64,000 bases of DNA from positions 640,001 to 704,000 of the forward strand of contig CAWDOD010000011.1 of NCBI GenBank assembly GCA_963803805.1. Direction: 5' to 3'. Shown in pieces: positions 17,616 to 27,823 of the stretch. The stretch comes from an uncultured cyanobacterium (lineage in GTDB: Bacteria > Cyanobacteriota > Cyanobacteriia > Cyanobacteriales > CAWCAG01). The translations under genes were made by a program, and so were the position numbers. The notes under the pieces are model-generated. The model ran no database searches and was not told the DNA's origin. It worked only from the letters and a program-made list of their open reading frames with translations. How positions within the stretch are numbered: position 1 is the stretch's first letter; the number at the start of each line of letters is the position of its first letter.

Positions 17616-19844
17616 ATGACTAATGAAAAGAAACTTCCTAAGCCCATAGGTCAACTTCTAACTTTAGGGCTGCCCGTACTAGGTATTTGCGTTGCTTTTA
17701 GTACTATGGTAATTGGAGTGCGATCGCTAGGTTGGCTAGAAGCAGGGGAACTAAATATCTTTGATCGTATGACGCAGTTACGGCCATCCCTAGAGCCGGA
17801 CAGTCGCATCATAGTTGTCAAAGTTACTGAAGAGGATATTCAAGAGCAGGGCTGGCCTATAGCCGATGCCGTTTTAAATAAATTAATTAGTAAGTTAGCA
17901 AAACACAAACCTGCCGCTATCGGCTTGGATATTTATCGAGATATGCCCACTGAACCAGGGCATCAAGAATTTATTAAGACCTTAAAAGAGAATCCCAATA
18001 TTGTTCCGGTTTGTAAAGTAAGTGACCAACAAAGCAAAGGAGTTGCCCCACCTCCAGAAATAGAAGCAGATCGTTCTGGTTTTGCAGATATTGTTGTTGA
18101 TGGTGGCGGAATCGTTCGTCGAGGGCTTTTGTTTGTTGAAACAGGAGTTTCTCTTTGTCCTACTCCTTATGGTTTTGCCTTTCAGCTAGCAAGGTTTTAC
18201 CTAGAGAAGCAAGGTATCGAACCGGAGTTAACTGCCAATAATGAACTTAAGTTTGGTCAGACTCTTTTTAAGCGCTTGTTACCCCATGCTGGGGCTTATC
18301 GTAACCTAGATGACCGTGGCTACCAGATATTACTTAATTATCGTACTCCAGAGCAAATCGCTGATAGTTTAACTTTAGGAGAAGTTCTCAAAGAATCCCT
18401 AGATCCTGCCTGGGTTAAAGACAAGATTATCATGATCGGCATCACCGACTCTAGCATTGATGATACTTTTTATACCCCCTACAGCGCCAGCCAAACTGTC
18501 AATCAGACCATGCCTGGAGTGGTTGTCCACGCCCAGTTAACCAGTCAAATTATTGATGCTGCCTTAGGAGAAAGACCTTTATTTTGGTTTTTGAGGGAAT
18601 GGCAAGAAATACTATGGATTGTCGGCTGGTCTTTAGCAGGAGGGATAACCCTTGTTCTGATTCGTCATCCTTTATATGTAGTCATCGCCTCTTCTAGCGT
18701 TCTTATTTTGTTATTAGGTACTAGTTGGGTAATCTTTCTCCAAGCTGGATGGGTTCCTATTTTCGCTCCTAGCCTCAGTTTTTTAGGTACTTGTGCGGCT
18801 ACAGCCGTTTATTTAGCTTATCAGGTTCACCAAGAACGGCAAAATGTGGCGGCTTTGGTGGAAAATCAAAACAAAGATATTGCCCTACTCAAATCTCTTC
18901 TCCAAGAAAACACTTATACTGAACCCCTCACTGTAGCAAGATCAACAAACTTAACTACAGAAAATCCCCTTGATGAAGAAGATGGAGATGATGAAACAGA
19001 ATTAGGTACAGAAGCTTTGTCTTGGGATAGCAGTTTTCGCTACCGTTTAGCAGGACATTATAAAATTACTAAAGTTATTGGCTCTGGAGGTTTTGGTTCT
19101 ACTTATTTAGCCCAGGATACTCGTCAAGAAAATGCTCCTCAATGCGTCATCAAACATTTACAACCAGCAGTTCGTGACAAGAGATTTCTCACTGTAGCTA
19201 GACGATTGTTTCAAACAGAAGCAGAAATCTTGGGTAAGCTAGGAAAACATCCTCAAATTCCTGAACTTTTCGATAGCTTTGAAGAGGACGAAGAATTTTA
19301 TTTAGTTGAACAGTACATTCCTGGTGAAACTCTCCACGAAGAATTAATACCAGATAGGCGCATGGATGAAGCTAGAGTTATTAAAATATTAAAGGACGTT
19401 TTAACTGTTTTAGACTATTTACAAAAGCATGGTGTGATTCACCGAGATATTAAACCTAGTAATATTATTAGTTCTCAAACAACTAATCAGTTAGTATTAA
19501 TCGATTTTGGTGCAGTAAAAGAAATTAAGATTCAAGACCAAATTCATGAAGGTAATTTAACGGTAGCAATTGGTACTAAAGGTTATGCACCTCCAGAGCA
19601 ATATGCTGGTCAACCTAACTTTAGTAGTGATATTTATGCTTTAGGAATTATCGGCATTCAAGCAATGACAGGTATTGCCCCTAACCAGCTAGAAGTTGAC
19701 GATTTTTCTGGCAATTTGAAATGGCAACATCTTGTAAAAGCTTCAAAAGATTTAATCAATATTGTTGATAAGATGTCTCGCTATCATTTCCCAGAAAGGT
19801 ATAAGTCAGCGAAGGCAGTTTTAGCTGATTTAGCGAAGTTATAA
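17616..19844 (+). CDS. CHASE2-domain Ser/Thr protein kinase
   Basis: CHASE2 (IGLDIYRD, PGVVVHAQ), three TM helices, GSGGFG, HRDIKPSN, DFG, PPE. Confidence 0.93.
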   Translation: MTNEKKLPKPIGQLLTLGLPVLGICVAFSTMVIGVRSLGWLEAGELNIFDRMTQLRPSLEPDSRIIVVKVTEEDIQEQGWPIADAVLNKLISKLAKHKPAAIGLDIYRDMPTEPGHQEFIKTLKENPNIVPVCKVSDQQSKGVAPPPEIEADRSGFADIVVDGGGIVRRGLLFVETGVSLCPTPYGFAFQLARFYLEKQGIEPELTANNELKFGQTLFKRLLPHAGAYRNLDDRGYQILLNYRTPEQIADSLTLGEVLKESLDPAWVKDKIIMIGITDSSIDDTFYTPYSASQTVNQTMPGVVVHAQLTSQIIDAALGERPLFWFLREWQEILWIVGWSLAGGITLVLIRHPLYVVIASSSVLILLLGTSWVIFLQAGWVPIFAPSLSFLGTCAATAVYLAYQVHQERQNVAALVENQNKDIALLKSLLQENTYTEPLTVARSTNLTTENPLDEEDGDDETELGTEALSWDSSFRYRLAGHYKITKVIGSGGFGSTYLAQDTRQENAPQCVIKHLQPAVRDKRFLTVARRLFQTEAEILGKLGKHPQIPELFDSFEEDEEFYLVEQYIPGETLHEELIPDRRMDEARVIKILKDVLTVLDYLQKHGVIHRDIKPSNIISSQTTNQLVLIDFGAVKEIKIQDQIHEGNLTVAIGTKGYAPPEQYAGQPNFSSDIYALGIIGIQAMTGIAPNQLEVDDFSGNLKWQHLVKASKDLINIVDKMSRYHFPERYKSAKAVLADLAKL

Positions 19845-19902
19845 TATGGCAGGCGGCTCTTGTTGTTCTTAGTACTTATTAATTTAATAACCAGATTTGG
19901 AG

Positions 19903-22230
19903 TCATAACTTCTCCAAAGGTGCAATCTTAGGATCAATAATCTTCTGCCCTAAACCAGGAAACTTAATCGCTAAATTAGTCTTATTCCCTTCCCCAAAAA
20001 TATGGGTAACTTCTCCTTCCCCAAAGGTTTTATGTACTACTAAATCACCTTTTTTCCAAGTATATTTAGCTCCATTACCACCTTCCGCCACCTTGGTTTT
20101 ACTCGCTTTGCTACGAGAATTAGAACTGAAACTTTTGGTTACTTTATTATCAACTAAATCACGAGGAATTTCTTGTAAAAACTGTGAAGGTATGGCCACA
20201 TCTCTGGTTCCCCAAAGACGACGTTCTCTGGCGTGGCTAATAAATAATTGTTCTTGGGCGCGGGTAATGCCTACATAACACAAACGACGCTCTTCTTCTA
20301 AGGAAGCCGGATCATTTAAACTTCTCACATTGGGGAATAATCCTTGTTCTAAACCTACCATAAAAACGATGGGAAATTCCAAGCCTTTTGCCGAGTGTAA
20401 CGTCATTAAAGAAACGGCTTTTTGTCCATCTTCTAGGTTATCTAAATCTGAAGCTAAAGAAGCATTCGCCAAGAAACCTTGTAAACTTTTATCTTCATAT
20501 TCTTCTTGGAATTGTGCCACGGCGTTATACAATTCGTAGACGTTTTCTAAGCGGTTAGTATCTTCTTCCGTTCCCTTATTTTTTAAGTCGGTTATATAGT
20601 CAGAATCTTCCATTACTCCTTGGACAATTTCTGTGGCGGTGAGGTCATTAATTTGTTCTTGATACTTTTTAATGACATCGGTAAACTTATTAACCGCCTT
20701 AGCCTTGCGCCCAACCATTGTATTAACAGAAGTTTCATCTTTGAGAATTTCCCACAGGGGGATACCTAATTCCTGAGCAGCCCCTAAAAGTGATTCTATA
20801 GTTGCTTTACCAATACCTCGCCGGGGAGTATTTATAACCCTCAAAATACTAACTGTATCGGCAGGGTTAGCGATCGCCCTTAAATAAGCTAAAGCGTCTT
20901 TGATTTCTTTACGATCATAAAACTTTAAACCGCCCACAATAAGATAAGGAACTTGCCCCCGCAATATTTCTTCAAAAGCACGAGATTGAGCGTTAGTACG
21001 ATATAAAATTGCAAAACTGCCCCAATCTATTTCCGGGTTTTCTTGGGTTAAATAACGAATTTTATTAACCACAAATTTTGCTTCCCCTATTTCATCATCT
21101 GCCTTATAAAGAAAGATTGGTTCCCCCAATCCTCTGGTGGGTTTAAGGACTTTTTCAATACGCTGGGTATTATTATTAATTAATTCGTTAGCTGCTTCGA
21201 GAATATTTTCCCGAGAACGATAGTTTTCCTGCAACTTAACCATCGTCCGAGTATCATCATCAGGCAAGCCATCCCCAAAATTCTCTTGAAACTCTAATAA
21301 AATTTTATAGTCTGCCATGCGAAAACTATAAATAGATTGGTCAGCATCCCCCACTACAAAAACTGAGCGATCGCGCCAATCCCATTTAGTTTTATCTGTT
21401 TCTTCATTAGTACTTAAAAGGCGAATCAGTTCATATTGAATTCGATTGGTATCTTGATATTCATCTACTAAAATATGACGAAACTGGCGATGCCAATATG
21501 CCAATACAGTTTCGTTTTGTTGAAATATTCTTAAAGGAACTAAAATTAAGTCATCAAAATCCAGGGCATTGTTAGCTGCTAATTGATTAGTATATTCGTT
21601 ATAAACTTCACTAATTACTCTACCGCGATAATTAGGCTGTTCTTTTAAAAAATCTTGGGGAGATAAACCTTGATTTTTGGCATTACTAATGGCGTAGCGA
21701 ACGGAGCGAAAGTTAAATTTTTTATCATCTAAATTCAACTGTTTGGTAACAATGTTCTTAACCAAACTTTGAGCATCAGATTCATCAAAAATAGAAAAAT
21801 TCCGCTGCCACTGTCGCCCAGATTCATCTTGATACTTATTAATATCCAAACGAAGAATTCGAGCAAATAAACTATGAAAAGTACCAATCCATAAAGGTTT
21901 AATGGTTTGTTTATAAACCTGGGAACGCAATTGAGTTTGTTGCGCAGGAGGTAATAAGTCTAAACGTTGACCATATTTATCCTTAGCCAACTTGTTAGCA
22001 AATAACTTCTCAATCCGTTCCTTCATTTCTCGCGCCGCTTTATTTGTGAAGGTTACGGCTAAAATATTTTCCGGATTAACTTTATGTTGAACAATTAAGT
22101 TAGCAATACGAAAAGTCAAAGCCCTAGTTTTCCCAGAACCTGCCCCCGCAACAACTAACAAAGGGCCGCAATAATGTTCTACAGCACTACGTTGAGAAGG
22201 ATTAAGATTACTAAGAAAATTAACACTCAT
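19903..22230 (-). CDS. pcrA: ATP-dependent DNA helicase PcrA/UvrD
   Basis: AGAGSGKT, VDEYQD, TLHSAKGLEF, EEERRLCYVGITRA. Confidence 0.95.
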   Translation of the reverse strand: MSVNFLSNLNPSQRSAVEHYCGPLLVVAGAGSGKTRALTFRIANLIVQHKVNPENILAVTFTNKAAREMKERIEKLFANKLAKDKYGQRLDLLPPAQQTQLRSQVYKQTIKPLWIGTFHSLFARILRLDINKYQDESGRQWQRNFSIFDESDAQSLVKNIVTKQLNLDDKKFNFRSVRYAISNAKNQGLSPQDFLKEQPNYRGRVISEVYNEYTNQLAANNALDFDDLILVPLRIFQQNETVLAYWHRQFRHILVDEYQDTNRIQYELIRLLSTNEETDKTKWDWRDRSVFVVGDADQSIYSFRMADYKILLEFQENFGDGLPDDDTRTMVKLQENYRSRENILEAANELINNNTQRIEKVLKPTRGLGEPIFLYKADDEIGEAKFVVNKIRYLTQENPEIDWGSFAILYRTNAQSRAFEEILRGQVPYLIVGGLKFYDRKEIKDALAYLRAIANPADTVSILRVINTPRRGIGKATIESLLGAAQELGIPLWEILKDETSVNTMVGRKAKAVNKFTDVIKKYQEQINDLTATEIVQGVMEDSDYITDLKNKGTEEDTNRLENVYELYNAVAQFQEEYEDKSLQGFLANASLASDLDNLEDGQKAVSLMTLHSAKGLEFPIVFMVGLEQGLFPNVRSLNDPASLEEERRLCYVGITRAQEQLFISHARERRLWGTRDVAIPSQFLQEIPRDLVDNKVTKSFSSNSRSKASKTKVAEGGNGAKYTWKKGDLVVHKTFGEGEVTHIFGEGNKTNLAIKFPGLGQKIIDPKIAPLEKL

Positions 22231-22269
22231 TTTTCATTTAACATTTAACATTTATCAATTAATTAAAGA

Positions 22270-22311
22270 GCGATCGCAGCTACTTATAATCTTATAAGTT
22301 TAGGCGATCGC
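22270..22311 (-). terminator. HIP1-bounded palindrome, possible terminator of the 22381-22824 gene
   Basis: GCGATCGC-N4-ACTTATAA-TC-TTATAAGT-N4-GCGATCGC, followed by TCTTTAATT on the minus strand. Confidence 0.45.
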
Positions 22312-22337
22312 CAGGTTTTATTTAAAAAGATTGTCAA

Positions 22338-22379
22338 CTAGCTATTAGCCATTAGCAACTAGCCACTAGCCATTAGCCT
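22338..22379. repeat. Heptamer tandem repeat (STRR-like, (C/T)TAGC(C/A)A)
   Basis: Six units here; related arrays at about 32840-32864, 43316-43354, 59726-59760 and 61419-61440. Confidence 0.8.
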
Positions 22380-22380
22380 C

Positions 22381-22824
22381 TTAATCCAAATAACCCATTA
22401 AAGTGGTAGGATCATCAATTTCATTGGAAGCTACGGGGCGATTTCCCATCACTCTGTAGGTTTCGCTGATTTCTAATGTACTTGCGGTAATCGGACGAAT
22501 GCCAGAAGAGGACATTGTAGCGACAATGTTCAAATGGCTTTTCATGACAGGACGCATATGCCCTCCTGAAGCAAAATGATCCGATAGTTCGAGGTGGCTA
22601 GCTTCAACAGGGCGGTTACCTACTAAAGTGGTTTTCGGACTCAATTCTATAGCACCAGTGGGGGCTTGAGTTTCTAACTCTAGGGGTTGTTTGGTTTCTT
22701 TCGTTTCTTCTTTGGCTGCCAAAGCTAATTCCTCCTTAGCATTTTCTTTACTAACACTACTACGGCTGGCGGTAGTTTTGGCTTTAGTAGTGGTTTTCTT
22801 CGGAGCAGTACTACTTTCAGTCAT
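22381..22824 (-). CDS. Hypothetical protein with Lys/Thr-rich N-terminus and four RP(V/I) repeats
   Basis: 147-aa ORF with internal repeats GNRPVEAS, HMRPVMKS, GIRPITAS, GNRPVASN. Confidence 0.7.
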   Translation of the reverse strand: MTESSTAPKKTTTKAKTTASRSSVSKENAKEELALAAKEETKETKQPLELETQAPTGAIELSPKTTLVGNRPVEASHLELSDHFASGGHMRPVMKSHLNIVATMSSSGIRPITASTLEISETYRVMGNRPVASNEIDDPTTLMGYLD

Positions 22825-23074
22825 TTTTTTTAATTAGGTAATTTCTTAAAAGGTCTACCCTGAGAGGGATAAACACGATTTCCCTATTTCCGTCTACTAT
22901 ATGAAAGTTTATTTTAAGACTATCCTATCAAGATATGAACCATCTTTAACAAAAGACAGCATAATAGCATTTTCTTTAGTTGTATAGGATATAAACTGGT
23001 TAGGTTAAGGAGTAACGGTTAAAAGCGAGTATTTTGGCTTTGATATTTAATATCAATGAGAAAAGAGTGTGATG

Positions 23075-23713
23075 TTAATTTTGGTTTTTTGATAAGTTTT
23101 TGATTATAGAATGCACTGACAGAGAAAGATGGGTAAAAGTTGGTAGCATGGCAGAAATACCCACAATGAGGCCGAAATAGATGTTTTTGAGACTTTCTTT
23201 TTTGGTCGGGTTAGTTATAGCCTCAGTTAAGCGCTGTTCGTAAATATAACTTCTTTGAGTAAAAGATTCTGGGGTATGTTGAATAAAACTGACTAACCAA
23301 CCGGAAAAGGAAAAAACGAAAATAACCCACCAAGTAGCAATAATGGCAATAATAATGTCAATACTAAGATGGGCTAAATAACTCACTGCTGAAGTGGTTT
23401 TTAAAGCTTTTTTAGCAATATAAACTGTAATAAAGAAAGAGAGGGTATCAAACAATGCCCCCAACAAACCTACAGGAAACTGAATCAGAAAATAGTGGAG
23501 TTTCTCTTCACCGAAAGCTGCCCTTGGGTAAGCGGTAACAATAGCCCACCAATAACAAGTTATATTGAGAAATACGAAGAAAATGAAGAGGCGAGGAAAA
23601 AATCGCTGCAATTTTCCTCGACGGCGATCATAAAAATGTAGTAGTTTTCCTAAAGATTGTTTCCAAGTGGCTATAATAGCTTCTTGATCGACCTTAGTTT
23701 TGATACTCATCAT
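23075..23713 (-). CDS. Hypothetical multi-pass membrane protein
   Basis: About four hydrophobic helices. Start probably ATG 23713 or 23710, because the longer ORF start overlaps the neighbouring gene. Confidence 0.7.
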   Translation of the reverse strand: MMSIKTKVDQEAIIATWKQSLGKLLHFYDRRRGKLQRFFPRLFIFFVFLNITCYWWAIVTAYPRAAFGEEKLHYFLIQFPVGLLGALFDTLSFFITVYIAKKALKTTSAVSYLAHLSIDIIIAIIATWWVIFVFSFSGWLVSFIQHTPESFTQRSYIYEQRLTEAITNPTKKESLKNIYFGLIVGISAMLPTFTHLSLSVHSIIKNLSKNQN

Positions 23714-23736
23714 ATTTACAAGGAAATAATCGAAAT

Positions 23737-25419
23737 ATGGACCAAGACGTAAAATTTGATTCCTCAAAATGGTGGCAAACTGGCGTAATTTATCAAATAT
23801 ATCCCCTTACCTTTGCTGATGGGAATGGCGATGGAATTGGAGATTTACCAGGAATTATCAGCAAACTAGACTATCTTAATGATGGTGATCCTAACAGTGA
23901 AACATCTTTAGGAATTGATGCTATCTGGCTCTCACCGATTAATGAATCACCCATGATTGATAATGGTTATGATATTAGTGATTATTATGGTATTAGCCAT
24001 ACATTTGGTACTTTAAAAGATTTTGATATTCTCATAGAAGAGTGTCATAAACGAAGCATCAAAGTCATTCTCGATTTAGTAGTTAATCATACTTCTAATC
24101 AACATAGTTGGTTTATTGAATCTAGTTCTAGTCGAGATAATCCCAAAAGTGACTGGTATCATTGGCAAGATCCTGCCTCAGATGGAGGAGTTCCTAACAA
24201 TTGGCTATCTTATTTTGGGGGAACAGGTTGGACTTTTAATGAAGCTAGACAACAATATTATTACCATACTTTTAATACAATTCAACCAGATTTAAACTGG
24301 CGCAACCCAGAAGTTCAAGAAGCTGTTTACCAAATAATTCGGTTTTGGCTTGATCAAGGGGTTGACGGGTTTCGCTTAGATGCTTCTAGTGTTTATAGTA
24401 AAGATGAATACTATCGCCCTAATCCTGTTAAATTTGGAGCAACTGATAAAAATAATTATCATAATCAGAGCCATTTATATGATAAAAATTTACCTGAAAA
24501 TCATTACATTATTCGAGAGATTAGAAAAGTAGTTGATGAGTACGATGAGCGTGTTTTAATCGGTGAAACTTTTATTGATAATAGGATCTATGACTCAACT
24601 ATTTTTTATGGTGTTAATAATGATGAATTACATCTAGCCTTTACTTTTGAGTTTCCTTTTAGTCCTTGGTATCCCGGCAATCTGCAACGAGAAATCGCCA
24701 AAAAAGAGCTAATTACACCTAAATGGGCATGGCCTGCTTACTTTATAGATAATCATGATCTTCCCAGACATTTATCTCGTTGGATTGAATGTAGTTTATG
24801 TAGTAATTCATTAGCCATCGCCCAAGCCGCAGCAGCTATTTTACTAACAGTTAGAGGAACCCCTGTTCTCTACTACGGTCAAGAAATTGGCATGGTTGAT
24901 AATCTCGATATTCCACCAGAAAAGATTCAAGATAAAGCCATCGTTAAAAGTAAAACTGGAGAGTTGCCACCACCACGAGATGGGGCCCGTACTCCCATGC
25001 AATGGAATGATTCTGTTAATGCGGGTTTTAGTTTTGGCAAAAATACTGAAACTTGGCTACCAGTAAATCAAAATTACCAAGAAGTTAATGTCGCTCAAGA
25101 ATTAAAAGAGCAAAACTCAATTTTAAATTTTTATCGGCAGTTAATTAGAGTTAGAAGGAATAGCGAAGCTTTACGTCTTGGTAGTTGGAAAGCTTTAATT
25201 CATTATCCCTATGAACATTTAGCTTATATCAGAGAAACCCAAACTGAACAAGTTTTGATTGTTGTCAATTTTTCTGATGAGAAGGACTTTGATTTAGATG
25301 AATATATTCCCCAGAAAAATTGGCAAGTCCTCGTTTCTAATGTCTTGGAAGCAAAGAAAATCATTGACTTGCCATCAAGGTTACAACCTTTTGAAGTATC
25401 AATTTTGAAGAAAGAATAG
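23737..25419 (+). CDS. GH13 alpha-glucosidase (oligo-1,6-glucosidase-like group)
   Basis: YQIYP, DNGYD, DLVVNHTS, QPDLNW, DGFRLDA (nucleophile), IGE, DNHD. Confidence 0.92.
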   Translation: MDQDVKFDSSKWWQTGVIYQIYPLTFADGNGDGIGDLPGIISKLDYLNDGDPNSETSLGIDAIWLSPINESPMIDNGYDISDYYGISHTFGTLKDFDILIEECHKRSIKVILDLVVNHTSNQHSWFIESSSSRDNPKSDWYHWQDPASDGGVPNNWLSYFGGTGWTFNEARQQYYYHTFNTIQPDLNWRNPEVQEAVYQIIRFWLDQGVDGFRLDASSVYSKDEYYRPNPVKFGATDKNNYHNQSHLYDKNLPENHYIIREIRKVVDEYDERVLIGETFIDNRIYDSTIFYGVNNDELHLAFTFEFPFSPWYPGNLQREIAKKELITPKWAWPAYFIDNHDLPRHLSRWIECSLCSNSLAIAQAAAAILLTVRGTPVLYYGQEIGMVDNLDIPPEKIQDKAIVKSKTGELPPPRDGARTPMQWNDSVNAGFSFGKNTETWLPVNQNYQEVNVAQELKEQNSILNFYRQLIRVRRNSEALRLGSWKALIHYPYEHLAYIRETQTEQVLIVVNFSDEKDFDLDEYIPQKNWQVLVSNVLEAKKIIDLPSRLQPFEVSILKKE

Positions 25420-25532
25420 GGAATAGGCTAGTTGACTGACAAAACTACTGAAATATTTGATTTATCGTAAGTTGAGTTAGTGATAGCGTAACCCAACAAA
25501 GCTAAGTGTTTTTGGGTTACTTTCAGGAATAG

Positions 25533-27023
25533 TTAATCTTTATCTTTCTCATGTTTGAGAGTCTTGAATAACTCGAATAGGCGATCAGCCCAATACTGAA
25601 CGTCGTATTTAGTCACAGTTTGATACATCTTGGCCATCCCCTGCTGCTGTTCCTCAATGGGCATTGCTAGGGCGCGATTAATTGCTTCATCCATGCGATC
25701 AATGGAGTAAGGGTTAGTCAAAATTGCCTCTGGTAACTCTACTGCTGCCCCCACAAACTCCGAAAGAACTAAAACCCCATCTTCCCCCTCATGGGTAACA
25801 ATATACTCTTTAGCTACTAAATTAAGACCATCTCTTAAGGGAGTTGTCCAGCAAATATCTGCTGCCCGGTAATAGCAAATTAATTCTGAGTAGGGAATAG
25901 GTTGGGTGAAAAGTAAAATTGGTGTCCAATTCAGTCGTGCAAAGCGGCCATTGATTTCCCCAGCTAATTGTTCAATTTGGCTTTGTGCCGTTTTATAAAC
26001 TCGCATTCCCGCAGCCGCAGAAACACAAGTCATCACAAAGTTGATTTTACCATGTAAGTCAGGGCGACGTTCCAATAAACGGCTGTAGGCTTCTAACATC
26101 TCCCGATTACCTTTCACATAGTCTACACGACCCGCAGCAATAATGAGCTTGCGTCCATTCAACTCTTCTTTAATTTGGGACAGACGTGCTTGGGTTTTGC
26201 TTTGATGCAACACCGACAAAATCTGCTGAGGATTTGTCCCCACGGGAAAGGCATCAACGTTGACTAACTGACCTTTATAACGAAGTTGAGTAGTTACTTC
26301 TGGTTCAGCTAATGCTGTCCCTACAGGAGTCATATGTCCAGATACTGCCTCTTTTTTAACTACTTCTACTTCTCGCAAACTTCTGGCAATGCGGATAAAG
26401 TTTTGTGAATAGCGGGGAATGTGGAAACCAACAATATCACAGCAAAGTAAGCTATCGACAATCTGTTCTCGCCAAGGTAAGATATTGAAGATATCCACGG
26501 AGGGAAAGGGGGTGTGGTGGAAAAAAGCAATGCGGGCATCGGGCTTAAGCTGGCGGATGTAGTGGGGAACTAACCAGAGATTGTAGTCATGTACCCAAAT
26601 TAAAGCATCATCTGCTGCTTCTTCGCAGGCTGCTTCAGCAAAAAGGCGGTTGATGGTTTGAAAGTTTTCCCAGTCGGAAGATTCGTAGGTGAAGTGCCAG
26701 GGAAATGAGTGTAGGATTGGCCAGAAGGCTTCTTTGGAGGTAATATGATAGAAGTCCTTTACCTGTTCTGCATTCAACGGTATGCGTCTAACAGCGTAGT
26801 CACCATCATCTTCAACGGTAACTCGCTCTTGGAAATCCTCTTTTTGCTCCTCATCTAATTGTTTCCAAGCAATCCAAGTTCCCTGATTGACAGTAGCAAA
26901 AAAACTCTTTAAAGTTGGTACAATGCCATTAGGACTTTTTTTAGCTCGATAATGTATTTGTCCATTTTCTAGCACCTCATCATAGGGTTCACGATGGTAG
27001 AGAATGACAAGTGAAGATTTCAT
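25533..27023 (-). CDS. ggpS: Glucosylglycerol-phosphate synthase (GT20)
   Basis: MKSSLVILYHREPYDEV...KSPNGI N-terminus, WVHDYNLW, RVDYVKG, DGLNLVAKEY. Confidence 0.92.
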   Translation of the reverse strand: MKSSLVILYHREPYDEVLENGQIHYRAKKSPNGIVPTLKSFFATVNQGTWIAWKQLDEEQKEDFQERVTVEDDGDYAVRRIPLNAEQVKDFYHITSKEAFWPILHSFPWHFTYESSDWENFQTINRLFAEAACEEAADDALIWVHDYNLWLVPHYIRQLKPDARIAFFHHTPFPSVDIFNILPWREQIVDSLLCCDIVGFHIPRYSQNFIRIARSLREVEVVKKEAVSGHMTPVGTALAEPEVTTQLRYKGQLVNVDAFPVGTNPQQILSVLHQSKTQARLSQIKEELNGRKLIIAAGRVDYVKGNREMLEAYSRLLERRPDLHGKINFVMTCVSAAAGMRVYKTAQSQIEQLAGEINGRFARLNWTPILLFTQPIPYSELICYYRAADICWTTPLRDGLNLVAKEYIVTHEGEDGVLVLSEFVGAAVELPEAILTNPYSIDRMDEAINRALAMPIEEQQQGMAKMYQTVTKYDVQYWADRLFELFKTLKHEKDKD

Positions 27024-27082
27024 ATTATTTCTGTTGGTTTCTTGTTTGCGTTAATATTGTTGTGGTCAGTTAACTTACGGCG

Positions 27083-27823
27083 CTAACGACCATTAAGAGA
27101 CTTGCCATAGGTCTTTAAGCCGTCCCAAATTCCCGCAGTACCTTCATGGGGGCTATGATAGACGTTATCCATGGTTTTGATCTTTTCTACAAGTTTGGGT
27201 TCTGCATTACCTACAGCAATACTCTTTAAACCAGTTTCAAATAGAGATAGATCATTGAGGGTATCACCGGCAGGAATGACGTTATCTGCATTGAGATGCA
27301 ATGCTTCAATGAATTTGAGTAGGGTTGGACCTTTGGAAATGCCTTTAGGCATAACATCTAAATAAAGATCAGCCGAAAGAATGCAGTCAAAGCCAGCCTC
27401 GGTGATTTTTTCTACCGTGCTGGGCTGAAGTTCTTCTGGTTTATAGTAATAGGAGACACGGCGTTCTGTCTTAACTGGTTGTAATTCAATACCTGGTTCT
27501 TGAGCCAACATCTCCTTAATCTTCTCGTTGGCATTCCCCCAAATCTTAGCTACCCAATCTTGTACCTGGGACAAGGGTTTCAAGGTTTTGCCTTCAACAA
27601 TGGTAGTTCCTACATCACCAATAATATAGTCGGGGTGAGGGAAGTCAGGTTTTTGGCACAGTTGTTGAATAAAATCTAAGTCTCTTCCGGTGACAAAAAC
27701 CAAGAGTAAATCATCTCGGTTATTTTGCAAGTATTGATAAAAATCAGTACGCTGTTGGTCAGAACCGCCTAAAAATGTACCATCTAAATCAGTGGCTAGG
27801 ACGAGAGAGTGGTTAGGATTCAT
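27083..27823 (-). CDS. HAD-IIB phosphatase, probable glucosylglycerol-phosphate phosphatase
   Basis: LATDLDGTFL, VTGR, KG and GDTLNDLS motifs; 59 bp upstream of ggpS on the same strand. The alternative start at 27838 lies inside a heptamer repeat. Confidence 0.8.
   Translation of the reverse strand: MNPNHSLVLATDLDGTFLGGSDQQRTDFYQYLQNNRDDLLLVFVTGRDLDFIQQLCQKPDFPHPDYIIGDVGTTIVEGKTLKPLSQVQDWVAKIWGNANEKIKEMLAQEPGIELQPVKTERRVSYYYKPEELQPSTVEKITEAGFDCILSADLYLDVMPKGISKGPTLLKFIEALHLNADNVIPAGDTLNDLSLFETGLKSIAVGNAEPKLVEKIKTMDNVYHSPHEGTAGIWDGLKTYGKSLNGR

Noticed and set aside
23714-23767. Overlap of the membrane-protein ORF with the GH13 start
   Set aside because: Arises from taking the most upstream start codon. 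ATGs at 23713 and 23710 remove the overlap.
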